A stretch of 64,000 nucleotides of DNA from Candidatus Krumholzibacteriales bacterium (GTDB taxonomy: Bacteria > Krumholzibacteriota > Krumholzibacteriia > Krumholzibacteriales > WJIX01). The stretch lies in NCBI GenBank assembly GCA_046483305.1, contig JAWODM010000062.1, positions 1 to 64,000 on the forward strand. The letters are read 5' to 3'. The position numbers and the translations under genes were made by a program. The first letter of the stretch is position 1. Each line of letters opens with the position of its first letter. The notes under the pieces were generated by a model. It searched no databases, was not told the DNA's origin, and saw only the letters and a list, made by a program, of their open reading frames with translations. Of the stretch, positions 39,943-49,466 are shown one piece after another.

Positions 39943-41478
39943 TCAGAATGACCTCTCCGCCCGGAGGATGAATCGCGGCGAGAATTCCTCCGCTTCCAGA
40001 TCCTCCGCGACATAAAAACCTACACACGGCAGGATGGATCTCGCGGATATACCAAGACCGCCTGTGCTCTTCCACTTATCATCAATAAAATCAAAAGGTA
40101 TATCCGGATTGCCCGCCCTGGCAAGTATCCCAGAATCCGAAAATATAAGCAGGTCCATCCGGGAACAGACTCTTTCAAGCAGGGGTAATTCTGGTATCGA
40201 TTTCCTGATCTCAACCGTAAAAAGCGCCATCCTGTCACCCCGGTCTGGCGAAAACGGGAAGTCGGATAATCCCCTGATCCCGCCGTAGCCGTTTACCGAC
40301 ATGGTCAGCTGTTCTGGTATCTCTCCGAAAGAGGTGAACAGTTTTCCTCTTAAATCTATTTTCAGGCCCCTGCTGATTTCGTTAAAGCGGGCGATATCGA
40401 TATCCATTACCGAATATGAAAAATCGCCGGGGCCGTCCGCGATCCCCTTCTCGAACATGAGGTTTGCCTGCCAGCCACCATATGTCCATCCTGTCTCATC
40501 CCTGGTGTTGAACATGAGCTGGAGCCTCGAGGATACCCTGTCACCTTCATCAATTGAAGGGTTCTCTCTGAACCGGTCATGGTTGTAGAAAAGAGATGGG
40601 ATGGGCCTGGCAGAGAGTGAAACATCCCGCTGATAGGATAGAGATGCTTTTATCCTTAAACCTCCGAAACTGTTAACAGACATTGCAGCCTGTATTCCTC
40701 TTGTCTCATAGTAATCCGCGAAATCGTTTCCTGAGAGGGCTACTATCACTCCGTTCTCCAATCTGGAAAGCTGCCAGTCATCATTTGTTTCTGTTCTCTT
40801 GAAACCCCGCATGATAAACTGAGCCTTTTGATCAAGCAGCGGAAACCTGATTTCCGCGTCGAACCCGAGGAAACCTCCGTCCTCCTTCCAGATCGGTATA
40901 TGAAGGTGCGAGTCGAATGAAACATAAGGCCGTTCATGCCTCGGATTTAATCTCTTAAGGCCTACCTTCAGTATGTTGTAGTCCACCCGCGATGGAGTCC
41001 CGGGCTTCAGGGAGGATTCAATATTAAGCGATGAAGGATCATCCTTTCTGTTGAACACGATTCTTGATTCTTCCCTGTAGATTTCGTAGTCAAGTTCACA
41101 TCCGCCCCGGTATGTCCTGGCAGTCCCTTCGATTATGGAAAGCCTGGATATATACTTATCGCTGTTGACCAGGTTCAGAGAGCCGCCGATATAAGCTTCG
41201 CCTGTAAGAACCGCCCTGCCGTTTACTATCCAGGCGTTTCCCAGGAGCGCCCCTCCGGACTGTATATCCAGCGACCCCTCGATTACGGCGGCGTCGTTTG
41301 AAATGGTATCTCCGGGATTTATTCGCAACCCTCCGTAATGAATTCTTATTTCTTTTGAGGAGAGTATTTCCGAAAGCTCGCCGCAGTTAATTTCCTTTTC
41401 CGGTGATTCCCCGGCCGCGGGGATGGCAGGCGAAATTGCAATTAATGCAAGCAATATTATAAAAGGCGTCTTGCTCAT
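39943..41478 (-). CDS. Putative Omp85/TamA-like outer-membrane barrel with N-terminal beta-helix-like domain
   Basis: Signal peptide, repeated V/I-x-G-x-L units, amphipathic strands, GGIRGL resembling VRGY, C-terminal F. Confidence 0.6.
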   Translation of the reverse strand: MSKTPFIILLALIAISPAIPAAGESPEKEINCGELSEILSSKEIRIHYGGLRINPGDTISNDAAVIEGSLDIQSGGALLGNAWIVNGRAVLTGEAYIGGSLNLVNSDKYISRLSIIEGTARTYRGGCELDYEIYREESRIVFNRKDDPSSLNIESSLKPGTPSRVDYNILKVGLKRLNPRHERPYVSFDSHLHIPIWKEDGGFLGFDAEIRFPLLDQKAQFIMRGFKRTETNDDWQLSRLENGVIVALSGNDFADYYETRGIQAAMSVNSFGGLRIKASLSYQRDVSLSARPIPSLFYNHDRFRENPSIDEGDRVSSRLQLMFNTRDETGWTYGGWQANLMFEKGIADGPGDFSYSVMDIDIARFNEISRGLKIDLRGKLFTSFGEIPEQLTMSVNGYGGIRGLSDFPFSPDRGDRMALFTVEIRKSIPELPLLERVCSRMDLLIFSDSGILARAGNPDIPFDFIDDKWKSTGGLGISARSILPCVGFYVAEDLEAEEFSPRFILRAERSF

Positions 41479-41700
41479 ACAAATATCTCTGATACAGAAA
41501 ATTCAATATTCTGATTCTCCGGTCTGCTTCTGATACGAAAATCATTATATCATGTTTCACACCTCAGTTAAGTTTAATATTTTATTGGTAACGGTTTTGA
41601 TTGATTGTAGCTCCGTAATTCTATATAAATGAGTTTTGTCCGGTTTTGTCAAATATCGCCCTGGAACATCTGTACAGGATTAAGAGGTTATTATCCGGCC

Positions 41701-42807
41701 ATGAAGACCATAAATTATATAATATCCGCGGCACTGATTCTTTCGGCAACGGTATCTCCCTGCCGGGCTGCGTCCGATGACAAGGAAAAACCCGAAAGGT
41801 ATTATTTTTACCGTGGCTATGATTACGGCAGCGAATCGCTGATAAATCCCCTCAGCATAATTCTTAACGGAGGGTTCGGGATACTGCAGATGGATAACAG
41901 GAGCAATTCTCTGGATGAAGTGGACTTCCGGACCGGTTTGAATAATGTAACATGGAATATGTCCAGCCCGCTGAGAACGATCGGTGAAACCGGGTATGGA
42001 GATTTCTTTCTCAACCAGGTCTTTCCTGTAAGTATCAACCGGCATAAGGCCTACTACTGGCCCAATTATACCCTCCACCTCATCGGGGGCGGTATGTCAT
42101 ACAGAATGATAGCGGAATGGTTTGAGTACCATGATTTCCGTTATCCGAGGGCGTTCTCTGTGCTTACCATGTCGGTGTACCATTTCCTCAACGAAGTAGT
42201 CGAAAACAGCAATTTCGTTGGGTATAATACCGATCCTATCGCGGATCTTTATCTGTTTGACCCACTCGGTATCGTTCTGTTCAACAGCGACAGGGTATGC
42301 TCCTTTTTCAGCAGAACTCTGAATATGGCTGACTGGTCTTACCAGTTCGCTTATGACCCGTACCGAAACGCGGTGAAGAACATCGGGCAGAACTTCGTGT
42401 TAAAATACTGGCTTAACGATGATAATGACATAGGGTTGTTTTATCACTTTGGAACTCATGGGGAGCTTGGTTTATCCTTCCGTTCGAAAAACGGGGATTG
42501 TATATCGGCTGGAGCGGGACTGGTGGCGAATGAATTATTTGAAATTGGCGAAAGCACTACATTCCGCGAATTATCAGCCAGGCTGGTTGTTACCGCCGGT
42601 ATCTTCTACGACAGGAACAATTCCCTTCTCGCTTCGCTGATATATTCAAAAACCCAGGATTACAAGTTGAGGCTCAATATCTATCCCGGCCTGATTCCGC
42701 TCAAACATCTTTCGCCGGGGATTTTTATTTCCATGGACCAGGAAAACATATTATCCGCCGGGATTAGTTTCAGGTTCTCGCCGGTGGGTTTTTCCAGAAG
42801 ATTCTAG
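41701..42807 (+). CDS. Exported hypothetical protein
   Basis: GAGG RBS, signal peptide MKTINYII, long ORF with beta-strand-like C-terminal half ending in F. Confidence 0.7.
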   Translation: MKTINYIISAALILSATVSPCRAASDDKEKPERYYFYRGYDYGSESLINPLSIILNGGFGILQMDNRSNSLDEVDFRTGLNNVTWNMSSPLRTIGETGYGDFFLNQVFPVSINRHKAYYWPNYTLHLIGGGMSYRMIAEWFEYHDFRYPRAFSVLTMSVYHFLNEVVENSNFVGYNTDPIADLYLFDPLGIVLFNSDRVCSFFSRTLNMADWSYQFAYDPYRNAVKNIGQNFVLKYWLNDDNDIGLFYHFGTHGELGLSFRSKNGDCISAGAGLVANELFEIGESTTFRELSARLVVTAGIFYDRNNSLLASLIYSKTQDYKLRLNIYPGLIPLKHLSPGIFISMDQENILSAGISFRFSPVGFSRRF

Positions 42808-42816
42808 GGGATTGAT

Positions 42817-43830
42817 TCACGCTCTGATTCCTGCTTCGTTGCTCTTCATCTTTTGTCTCAGGTAAAAAAGACCGGTAGATATCAGAACCGGATATACCGG
42901 AAGGAGCAGTCTTACTTCTTTCCAGATTCCAAATATCGCTACCGGCAACAGGTAAAGCAGTATAACCGGGAACATGCTGACGGTGAATCTGTCGGCGTAT
43001 TTTATGCCGGCGGCGAAGAAGAACCACCAGGCACCGCCGAACAGTACGATATTTATGATTGCGTATATGTAATAAGGAAAAGTCCTGTTAAGGCCCCAGA
43101 GATACCGGATTGAATGTATGTTCTCGCTCCAGCCCATAAGGTAGCGCAGTGTCAGTATGGTCCCGGCGGACACCGCGGCCAGCAGCAGAAACTTCCCGGC
43201 GGCGAGGGTATCGAAACCGGAACCCTCATTTTCCGTATCTCTGAATCTCAAGAAGGAAGCCAGATATATCAGGGGAATGAACAGCCCCGACATCCTGTTA
43301 AGGGAAGCGGCAAGGGTTAGCGCCAGAATCGCGTAGTAATTCTTCTTCCTGGCCGCGAGGAATGCCGCGCAGAAAAACCAGGATTCAATAAGCGACCATG
43401 GTTGAAAGTAATGATCTCTGAGCGAGAGCGGGAGCACGGCGCAGCAGAAAAGCGCCCCCGCCAGCGAGTAAATCCTCTGATGCCACTCCATCAGGAAGAA
43501 GTAGAGAGTTGAAATGAAAAGGAAGATAGCCGCAAGGTCATATATGATATACGAAAGAATCCAGGAATTACGGTAAGATAGCGGCGTGACCGCCCTGACA
43601 AAATCTGTCATGCCCTGAGTGGCAAAAGGGACCAGTACCCGGTAGCGGTAGGGTGACGGGGCCTCCCCTTCCAGTATGGAATCGTGAATAACCATCCTTT
43701 CGGTGATATTTGGCCTTTCCACAAAATGAAAGTAATTGTAGGAGATAACCAGAGAGGCCGATAGTATTATGAGAACGGCCAGTTTCTCTGCCCGTATAAT
43801 ATTTCTGATATTCAATGCCTTTCTCCCCAA
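42817..43830 (-). CDS. Polytopic membrane protein of unknown function
   Basis: About nine hydrophobic segments, PYRYRVLVP and E-x-R motifs. Confidence 0.7.
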   Translation of the reverse strand: MGRKALNIRNIIRAEKLAVLIILSASLVISYNYFHFVERPNITERMVIHDSILEGEAPSPYRYRVLVPFATQGMTDFVRAVTPLSYRNSWILSYIIYDLAAIFLFISTLYFFLMEWHQRIYSLAGALFCCAVLPLSLRDHYFQPWSLIESWFFCAAFLAARKKNYYAILALTLAASLNRMSGLFIPLIYLASFLRFRDTENEGSGFDTLAAGKFLLLAAVSAGTILTLRYLMGWSENIHSIRYLWGLNRTFPYYIYAIINIVLFGGAWWFFFAAGIKYADRFTVSMFPVILLYLLPVAIFGIWKEVRLLLPVYPVLISTGLFYLRQKMKSNEAGIRA

Positions 43831-43900
43831 TGGTTCTCAAGACAATACTTCCCGTTATTCTCCGGTTAAGTTTATTTACTGACGGATAAAAAGTAAATGA

Positions 43901-44950
43901 TTAATCTGATGGGCCTTCCAGAAGATACCGGGCCATCAAAGCAGTATTCTCTCTAATCCATATATGAAACAGTGAGCCGGCGCTGAAGCTGCGGCCGGCG
44001 TTTCTCAGTTTCCCGCTTTCACGCAGCACCTCTTCAAGAAATTTACTCAGATCGTTGTTACTCTTCAGGCCTTCAATATTTGCCGCCGGTGTCTCCGGAC
44101 ATCTTTCCCTGAATGCGGAGGCGAATAATCCTGACCGGTAAGTACCCTCACTCCCATGGACAGGGGTGTTCCCGATTCCGCAGGAAGGAGAGCGCCCTTT
44201 CATGATAAAACCGCTGACCGGGGCGGTGCGGTTGATGAAATAAGAAGAGAATTCGATCATACATCCGGTAAGGTCTTCTCCGGTTTCTGACTGAATCAGC
44301 TTCTTCTTTCCTTCAGAGATGACTATGTTTACAGGCCTCCTTGGAACAGGAAGCCCGATTTCCATTTCCGGGCATACCTCTATCAGATCGGCAAACAATC
44401 TCAACCTGTCAACGATATCAGATTCCAGGGTCTCTCCGTTATACCTGCAGTTATATCCGGCAAGGCATTTGCTTACCACTATCATGGGGCGGCCGGCGGG
44501 TTTCGCGCAGTTCCATTTGCAGGCTCCCGCTTTATTCCCCAAGGCATCTCTGAACGCGTTGAATGCAGGTTTGCCGTTAAACCTGAAAAGATGGCTTTCG
44601 CATCTGCAGTCTGATGAACCGAAATTTTCAGCCGCGACAAATGCGCTGGGGAGCGATTGGAGCGCCGAAGCGGCAAGGTGTTCCAGCTTTTCCCGGCCGG
44701 GAAAGAACCAGATTTCATCTATCAGCGTGTATGGCCGGATATAATCAACATGCCAGAACTGTTTTTTATCGGAGATGATATGCCGCCGGACTCTGGCTCT
44801 AAGGCCTCCCCTGCCCAGGGCGCTGCCAGCGTAAGCAAGGTATCCGGTAACCAGATTGACTCCGCCGGAACTGCCGGCCATTACTGTCCCTGATGAAAGC
44901 GCTCTCAGAATAAGGACGTACGTTCCGGATGCATCCGGTATTATATACAT
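43901..44950 (-). CDS. GIY-YIG (DUF123) nuclease fused to DUF523 (TudS 2-thiouracil desulfidase family) domain
   Basis: GTYVL...YAGSA...RVRRH...WHVDY...FGSSDCRCESHL then VSKCL...CRYNG, CPEMEIGLPVPR, SPSCG. Confidence 0.82.
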   Translation of the reverse strand: MYIIPDASGTYVLILRALSSGTVMAGSSGGVNLVTGYLAYAGSALGRGGLRARVRRHIISDKKQFWHVDYIRPYTLIDEIWFFPGREKLEHLAASALQSLPSAFVAAENFGSSDCRCESHLFRFNGKPAFNAFRDALGNKAGACKWNCAKPAGRPMIVVSKCLAGYNCRYNGETLESDIVDRLRLFADLIEVCPEMEIGLPVPRRPVNIVISEGKKKLIQSETGEDLTGCMIEFSSYFINRTAPVSGFIMKGRSPSCGIGNTPVHGSEGTYRSGLFASAFRERCPETPAANIEGLKSNNDLSKFLEEVLRESGKLRNAGRSFSAGSLFHIWIRENTALMARYLLEGPSD

Positions 44951-44954
44951 GGAC

Positions 44955-45776
44955 TTAATCCCCGAACCATTTCCCGTAAAGCTCCGGCCTCCGGTCCCTG
45001 AGAAAGAGCCTGTGAGCGTGAGATTCAGGCAGGATTTCGGTGTTCAGATCGCAGTATAGAATGTCCGGTCTGCCTGAGGCCGCCCGCGCGATAACTTCTC
45101 CGGAAGGAGAACATACAAAGGATTCGCCGGAAAAGTTTAGTTCTCCCTCCTTCCCCACCCTGTTGCACAGCGCCGTGTAGTAGCCGTTCTGGAATGAGGC
45201 CACCCTCATTTCAGCTTCGTAGAGCCCCGGGGGCCACTCTCCAACCACACCGGCCTGTGGAACAAACACTATCTCAGCGGCCATCAGGGAAAGCGCCCTC
45301 ATATATTCCGGATAATGCCTGTCGTAGCATATGGCGATTCCTATCCTCCCGAATTCGGTATCAAAGACTCCAGGGCCGAGGTCGCCGGGCTGGTAGTACC
45401 CCTTCTCATGAAAACCGCTGTAATCCGTGATGTGCACCATTCTGTTCCTGCCAATTATTTCCCCGGTTGTATCGATCACCGGAGAGGTGTCGTAAGTATT
45501 GTCGCCATCCCTCTCATATAGATTTACAATAATAACTGTTCCAGTTTCGGCTGCCAGAGCGGAGAAAGGCTCGGTTATTCTGCCTGGGACTGTATCGGTG
45601 AACTCCAGGTTGCTTCCGCCGGCGGGAAGGCGCGGGTAGAAAGGCTGGAAAGATAATTCGGGGAAACAGATTATCTTCGCGCCCTCCGCTGCCGCCATTT
45701 CAACCGCTTCAACGCCTCGACGCAGGTTTTCTTCAACAATTTTCGAGCATCCGGTCTGAATCAGCGCTATCTTCAA
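44955..45776 (-). CDS. Carbon-nitrogen hydrolase (nitrilase superfamily)
   Basis: KIALIQ, CFPEL, FHEKGYY, AICYDRHYPE, CNRVG, FSGES. Confidence 0.9.
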   Translation of the reverse strand: MKIALIQTGCSKIVEENLRRGVEAVEMAAAEGAKIICFPELSFQPFYPRLPAGGSNLEFTDTVPGRITEPFSALAAETGTVIIVNLYERDGDNTYDTSPVIDTTGEIIGRNRMVHITDYSGFHEKGYYQPGDLGPGVFDTEFGRIGIAICYDRHYPEYMRALSLMAAEIVFVPQAGVVGEWPPGLYEAEMRVASFQNGYYTALCNRVGKEGELNFSGESFVCSPSGEVIARAASGRPDILYCDLNTEILPESHAHRLFLRDRRPELYGKWFGD

Positions 45777-45803
45777 TTACCGCACCTCCTGTCAGAAATG
45801 TTC

Positions 45804-46994
45804 TCACGTGACCCGGTTGGAAGTTAATCCCTCCCATAGATGAATGTATTTCAGGCCGCTTCCGGTACTTATAAGAAGGACTGTTTCATCCCTCTCTATC
45901 CATCCCTCCTCCAGGAGTTTCTGGAAGGCCAGAAAGGTTGCCGCCGACTCAGGCGAAACGAAGAGCCCCTCTGCCGAGGCTATTCTCACTGCCGCTCCCA
46001 TAAGTTCTCTATCCGGGACCTCCAGGGCGGTGCCGCCGCTCTCTCTGAGTATTCTCAGAATAATAAAATCGCCTACCGCGGAGGGGACCCTGATACCGTC
46101 CGCAACCGTTTCGGCTCCCTCCCAGTAATCCGCGAATTCCCTTCCCTGGCGGAAGGCTCTGACCAGGGGGGCGCAGCCGTCCGACTGAACCGTTACCATC
46201 CTGGGCAGCCTGTCTTCAATCCATCCCATTTCCAAAAGTTCCTGGAATGCTTTCCATATTCCTATCAGCCCCGTACCGCCACCGGTAGGGTAAATTATCA
46301 CGTCCGGCAGGATCCAGTTCATCTGTTCAGCAATTTCAAAACCGATGGTCTTCTTTCCTTCCAGCCGGTAAGGCTCCTTGAGCGTTGAGACATCAAACCT
46401 GCCGTTCTTCTTGAGCTGCTCGGCGGCCGCCTTTCCCGCGTCTGTGATATAGCCCTTTACCAGTTCGATATCCGCTCCGAAAGCTGCGCATTCGGATATG
46501 AAAGTGGAGGGAACATCTTCCGGCATGAAAACATGAGCTTTCATGCCGGCTGCGGCTGCGTAAGCGCTCATTGCCCCGGCGGCGTTGCCGGCAGAGGGGA
46601 TAGAAAGAGCTTTGACCCCCAGTTCATGGGCTCTGGAGACGGCCACAGCCATACCTCTGGCCTTGAAGGAGCCGGTAGGATTGAGAGATTCATCCTTGAT
46701 ATAAAGAGAACCGAGACCGGAATCTCTCCCCAGGTTCGAAGCTCTTAGAATCGGAGTGCCCCCTTCTCCCAGAGAAATGATATTTTCATCATTCTCTACC
46801 GGAAGAAACTCCCGGAATCGGAATACACCCGGCTTTCTACTCCGGAGGTCGTCTCTGCACAGCGAATTTCTGATCAGGTCGATTCTGTAGCGGGCCAACA
46901 GCGGTCTGCCGCATCCGGGGCACAGGTTCATCAACCCGCCGGCGTCATAACTTCTTCCACAGAGCGAGCATTCCAGATTGTTTAAATAACTCAT
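45804..46994 (-). CDS. Threonine synthase-like fold type II PLP enzyme
   Basis: N-terminal CxxC...CxxC, SLGEGGTP, NPTGSFKARG, SAGNA, YPTGGGTG. Confidence 0.85.
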   Translation of the reverse strand: MSYLNNLECSLCGRSYDAGGLMNLCPGCGRPLLARYRIDLIRNSLCRDDLRSRKPGVFRFREFLPVENDENIISLGEGGTPILRASNLGRDSGLGSLYIKDESLNPTGSFKARGMAVAVSRAHELGVKALSIPSAGNAAGAMSAYAAAAGMKAHVFMPEDVPSTFISECAAFGADIELVKGYITDAGKAAAEQLKKNGRFDVSTLKEPYRLEGKKTIGFEIAEQMNWILPDVIIYPTGGGTGLIGIWKAFQELLEMGWIEDRLPRMVTVQSDGCAPLVRAFRQGREFADYWEGAETVADGIRVPSAVGDFIILRILRESGGTALEVPDRELMGAAVRIASAEGLFVSPESAATFLAFQKLLEEGWIERDETVLLISTGSGLKYIHLWEGLTSNRVT

Positions 46995-47125
46995 CTTGCT
47001 CCAGGCCCGTCTGAATGAATAACCTGCCGTATCCTGATGATTCATTCTATGTTCTGAATGTTGAGTTGTCCACTTAATTCAGGAAAGTAACTATCGGGGA
47101 AATTGTCAATATCTGGAATACCACT

Positions 47126-49393
47126 TTACCCCGGCAGCAGTTTTCTGGATTCTATTATAAGTTCGGAAGGGGTTTTTGACTTGCCGGGAAAACGAGCGTA
47201 GGAACTGAAAGCTTTGAATGATTCGGGATCGTACATATCCTTTTTCTCCAGGAAACTGTTAATAAATTTATTAATTCTTTCTTCCAGGGTTTTGATCCGG
47301 CCCAGGCTCTCAATTGATAGCACGGTAAAAGTGTCGGTCTCAATCCACGAGTAATAATCAGTGCTTCTGATCATATTCTTTATCCCCGACCCGATCTGGT
47401 TTATGAGCTGTAACCCCTTTTCCCTGTCTTCGGAAAGAAGCTCTTTGAGCCCCTTTATTCTTATGGTAGTGAGGGTAAAGGTGTGATGATACCTCCCGGC
47501 CCTGCGTATCTCTTCATCGATCCTGCTGATCAGTAGAGTCTGGTTCATCTCCAGGAGTTTGTCCAGCTTCAGGGGCGCATTTTCCTTACTGTATTTCTCC
47601 GGTTCGGGTTCCCTTGAATAAAGCGTTCTTATTATGTTTTCAGCTTTTTCTATGAGCTCGATATCCTTCTTGCCGAATATTGACGGATCAAGCGGAGAAA
47701 CGGTTTTCTTATTATAACCGGCGAATATCAGTTTTCTTCTGTTCAACTCAAGCAGCGGATACACGATAACTGACCGGTAATAGGGCTGGGACCGGAAATT
47801 ATCAGCGGAGGCTGACAGAAAACTGGTGCACTCAGCTTTCCTTTTTTCCGCGGCATTGCCGGCAATCTCGGAATCGAAACGCTTGTATTTGTTAAGTTCA
47901 GTTTCATTTTCAGGAAAATTGTGGTAAAAGACCTCTTCCCTGCCATTTTCGAAATAATGAAGGCTTGCCGATGCAGCGTTTATGAAATCTGCCAGAATCC
48001 CGGGGAGTTTCTTCAGGTTATCGGATAGAGAACCTGCATCAATAAGCCTGGGAACCAGCCTGGAAAACTTTTCCAGGTTCTCAAGACGGCGCTGCTGTTT
48101 CATTGATTGGAGCCTGGAGGCTATGAAAATACCGAGTCTGAAACCTATCCGGTCCATATATTTAAGGTATCTCTCCTGATCGCATAAATTATCGAACTCT
48201 ATTACTATTACCCCGACCGGTTCATTATAGAAAAGGGGCTGATAAACGATCGATATTGATCGTTCTTCTTCCTCCTCTCTATCCTCGGTCATTACTATGG
48301 TCTCCCCGCTGAGGTAAGCCCTCGCCAGAGTGCCGCTGATACAGTGAACCCGGGATGCCGATTCGTCCTCCTGTACCAGATTGTTGCTTCCGCCCAGTAT
48401 AAGCCAGTCCCCCTCGTCTGTGGCGGTGTAAATTGAGGTGGTGGCAGCGTTGAACAGTCCATTGATAAACTTGCTGATCATGGTGAAGACGTAGTGGAAT
48501 CCGTTCCCGCTTCTGGATGCCCTCTCCAGGTATTCATTAATGGAGGTTTCGATCATATCCGATTCATCTTTATCAAGCCTGAGGTGCCTATTCAGTAACG
48601 GGGCTATCTTCGAAGCGATTACCGTGATCCGGTCTCTGTCAGACTCGTCAAGCTCTCTTTCACCCCTGTCTGTTGAAATATTGAGAACTCCCAGCAGCTT
48701 TCCCCGGTATATTACAGGCGCGGTGACCGCAGTGGTAATATTCTCTCTCTCCATACCGGGCCTTGAAACGCCACCAATATCCCTGGTAAGTATAGCCTTG
48801 CGAATGGAAGCCGATTTTCCGGCTATACCTTCCCCAAGTTTCAGCCTGGTTTCCTTGACTACTTCTTCGCTCAGGCCGGTTGCGTAACCGATGTAGAGCT
48901 CTTCAGTACTTTCAGAGTAAAGCATCAGGGAACCCTGAGAAGCGCCCAGTGATTCAGCCGAAATTCGAAGTATCCACTTCAGGAGCTTCCCGCTGTCTGC
49001 GATTCTGTTCATGAAGCGGAGAGCCTCATCCAGCTTATCTGTCTCATGTCCTGCATCAGGTGATTCGTCATTGTCTTTGTCAAGTAGTAACTTATAAACA
49101 TCTGATATGTCGATGATGTCAACATCCAATTCTGACAGGCTATCTGCTTCCTCCCTCAGATCTCTTCTGCCCATATTGGTTATTACCAGGTCGGCGTTCC
49201 TGAAGAGTTCCAGATAGCTGTCATCAGAAACAGTTTTTAACCCTATTACTTCCCCGATTACTATACCAGGGCTGGAGTCGTCCCTGTCATACACCCCTAT
49301 AATGGATATATCATCCTTTCCGTGGATTTCTCTGATAACGGACAGTTCTCTTTCACTGCCGCCAAGTACCGCTATTTTCAGTTTTCTGGACAT
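47126..49393 (-). CDS. Multi-GAF protein with N-terminal Rossmann-like domain and degenerate GGDEF domain
   Basis: KIAVLGG...IIGVYD; LGEGIAG GAF; EEIRRAGRY; RSTD I-site followed by ETDTF in place of GGDEF. Confidence 0.75.
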   Translation of the reverse strand: MSRKLKIAVLGGSERELSVIREIHGKDDISIIGVYDRDDSSPGIVIGEVIGLKTVSDDSYLELFRNADLVITNMGRRDLREEADSLSELDVDIIDISDVYKLLLDKDNDESPDAGHETDKLDEALRFMNRIADSGKLLKWILRISAESLGASQGSLMLYSESTEELYIGYATGLSEEVVKETRLKLGEGIAGKSASIRKAILTRDIGGVSRPGMERENITTAVTAPVIYRGKLLGVLNISTDRGERELDESDRDRITVIASKIAPLLNRHLRLDKDESDMIETSINEYLERASRSGNGFHYVFTMISKFINGLFNAATTSIYTATDEGDWLILGGSNNLVQEDESASRVHCISGTLARAYLSGETIVMTEDREEEEERSISIVYQPLFYNEPVGVIVIEFDNLCDQERYLKYMDRIGFRLGIFIASRLQSMKQQRRLENLEKFSRLVPRLIDAGSLSDNLKKLPGILADFINAASASLHYFENGREEVFYHNFPENETELNKYKRFDSEIAGNAAEKRKAECTSFLSASADNFRSQPYYRSVIVYPLLELNRRKLIFAGYNKKTVSPLDPSIFGKKDIELIEKAENIIRTLYSREPEPEKYSKENAPLKLDKLLEMNQTLLISRIDEEIRRAGRYHHTFTLTTIRIKGLKELLSEDREKGLQLINQIGSGIKNMIRSTDYYSWIETDTFTVLSIESLGRIKTLEERINKFINSFLEKKDMYDPESFKAFSSYARFPGKSKTPSELIIESRKLLPG

Positions 49394-49466
49394 TTTTAAA
49401 CCTGAAAATTAAGATATACTTTCTCGGCATTGATTATTGCAAGAGTCAAGCCATTTTTTTGCTGAA

